A DNA stretch of 64,000 bases from Camelus dromedarius (lineage: Eukaryota): assembly GCF_036321535.1 (NCBI RefSeq), contig NC_087437.1:89096001-89160000 (forward strand). Reading direction: 5' to 3'. Position numbers and translations under genes: made by a program. Of the stretch, positions 63,200 to 64,000 are shown piece after piece. Under the pieces are notes generated by a model. It did not search any database. It was not told the DNA's origin and was given only the letters and a program-made list of their open reading frames with translations. Each line of letters starts with the position of its first letter. Position 1 is the first letter of the stretch.

Positions 63200-63714
63200 C
63201 AGATGTGATCCCACTTCCATAGCTATGGTACAAAGTTGGATAGAAATGCTGAAAGAAGACAGTCTTTCGTTATTCCCAACGTTAAGGTGGAGGGAGTGTT
63301 TAGGATTTCCTCTTTAAGTATGATGTGAGCTATAGATTGTGACAGCTGCCTGCTTCTAGATCGGAATACCCTCTTCTTAGTTTGCTGATAGCTTTTATCA
63401 TGAATCAGTGTTGACTTTTGTCATATGGTATTTTCTGTACCTATTGATGTCATTACATGATTTTTTTAAATAGGTAGCAGATTACATTGATTGACTTTTT
63501 ATGTGAAACGTTTCACAGTCCGGGGATAAAACCTATTTGGTCATGGTGTTATCCTTTTTATGTATTGTTGGATGAGATTTACTGATGTTTTCTTACGTTC
63601 ACAAGGAATATCAGTCTGCAATTTTTTTTGCTTCTAATAACTTTGATTTTTGCATCAGGGTTATATGGGTTTCAAAAAAGCAAGTTGGAAAGTGTTTCCT
63701 CCTCCTCTAGTTTC
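63200..63714 (-). mobile_element. Old L1 ORF2 (RT) fragment
   Basis: Collinear with the RT remnants at 13300-13690 and 25950-26420. Confidence 0.85.
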
Positions 63715-63735
63715 TTTTTTTTTTTAGTCTAAATT

Positions 63736-63736
<1 letters not shown>

Positions 63737-63792
<56 letters not shown>
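63737..63792. repeat. (TATC)14 microsatellite
   Basis: Perfect tetranucleotide array. Confidence 0.98.
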
Positions 63793-63793
<1 letters not shown>

Positions 63794-63998
63794 CAACTTT
63801 TGTTAACAGAAGTGATAACAGAACCTGTAGAATTCCCGTAAGAGTGGATTTGAGACCTTGAGGTATACACGAAAAGAGGCCAGAAAACCAGCTGTTAACC
63901 GGAGATGTAACTTCTCACACATATGCATCTGAACCCCCTACATTATGAATGTGTTGCTTCATGTCCTCTAGGGCAGTTGTGATGCTCCTGGATTCATC
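63793..63998 (-). pseudogene. Retroviral env TM-subunit-like remnant, cut by the window edge
   Basis: Manual translation DESRSITTALEDMKQHIHNVGGSDAYV*EVTSPVNSWFSGLFSCIPQGLKSTLTGILQVLLSLLLT resembles the post-CX6CC heptad, W-containing membrane-proximal region and start of a TM helix; one TGA at 63915-63917. Confidence 0.5.
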
Positions 63999-64000
63999 TG

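Overview
This is AT-rich mammalian non-coding DNA, most likely from a camelid: it carries a Vic-1-like tRNA-derived SINE and no Alu, Bov-tA/BovB, PRE or CAN SINEs. I found no intact protein-coding gene, and the ORFs I could assign are L1 remnants or antisense frames inside repeats. The first 30 kb is dominated by nested retroelements: an old + strand L1 broken by LTRs, then an L1MC-like copy, then a younger 5.8-kb L1 with TSDs and an internal RT deletion. It also holds a second rearranged L1, solo ERV LTRs with TSDs, MaLR LTRs, MIR/L2 and DNA-transposon relics. From 30 to 62 kb the sequence is mostly unique, with scattered old repeats, enhancer-like motif clusters and several exon-like segments with strong splice signals (possible lncRNAs, unproven). 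The most unusual item is at the right edge: a minus-strand retroviral env (TM)-like coding remnant followed directly by (GATA)14 and a poly(A) instead of a PPT/LTR. It sits against an old L1 and looks like a retrocopied env RNA. Repeat family names come from my recall of consensus sequences, not a database search, and boundaries without TSDs are approximate.
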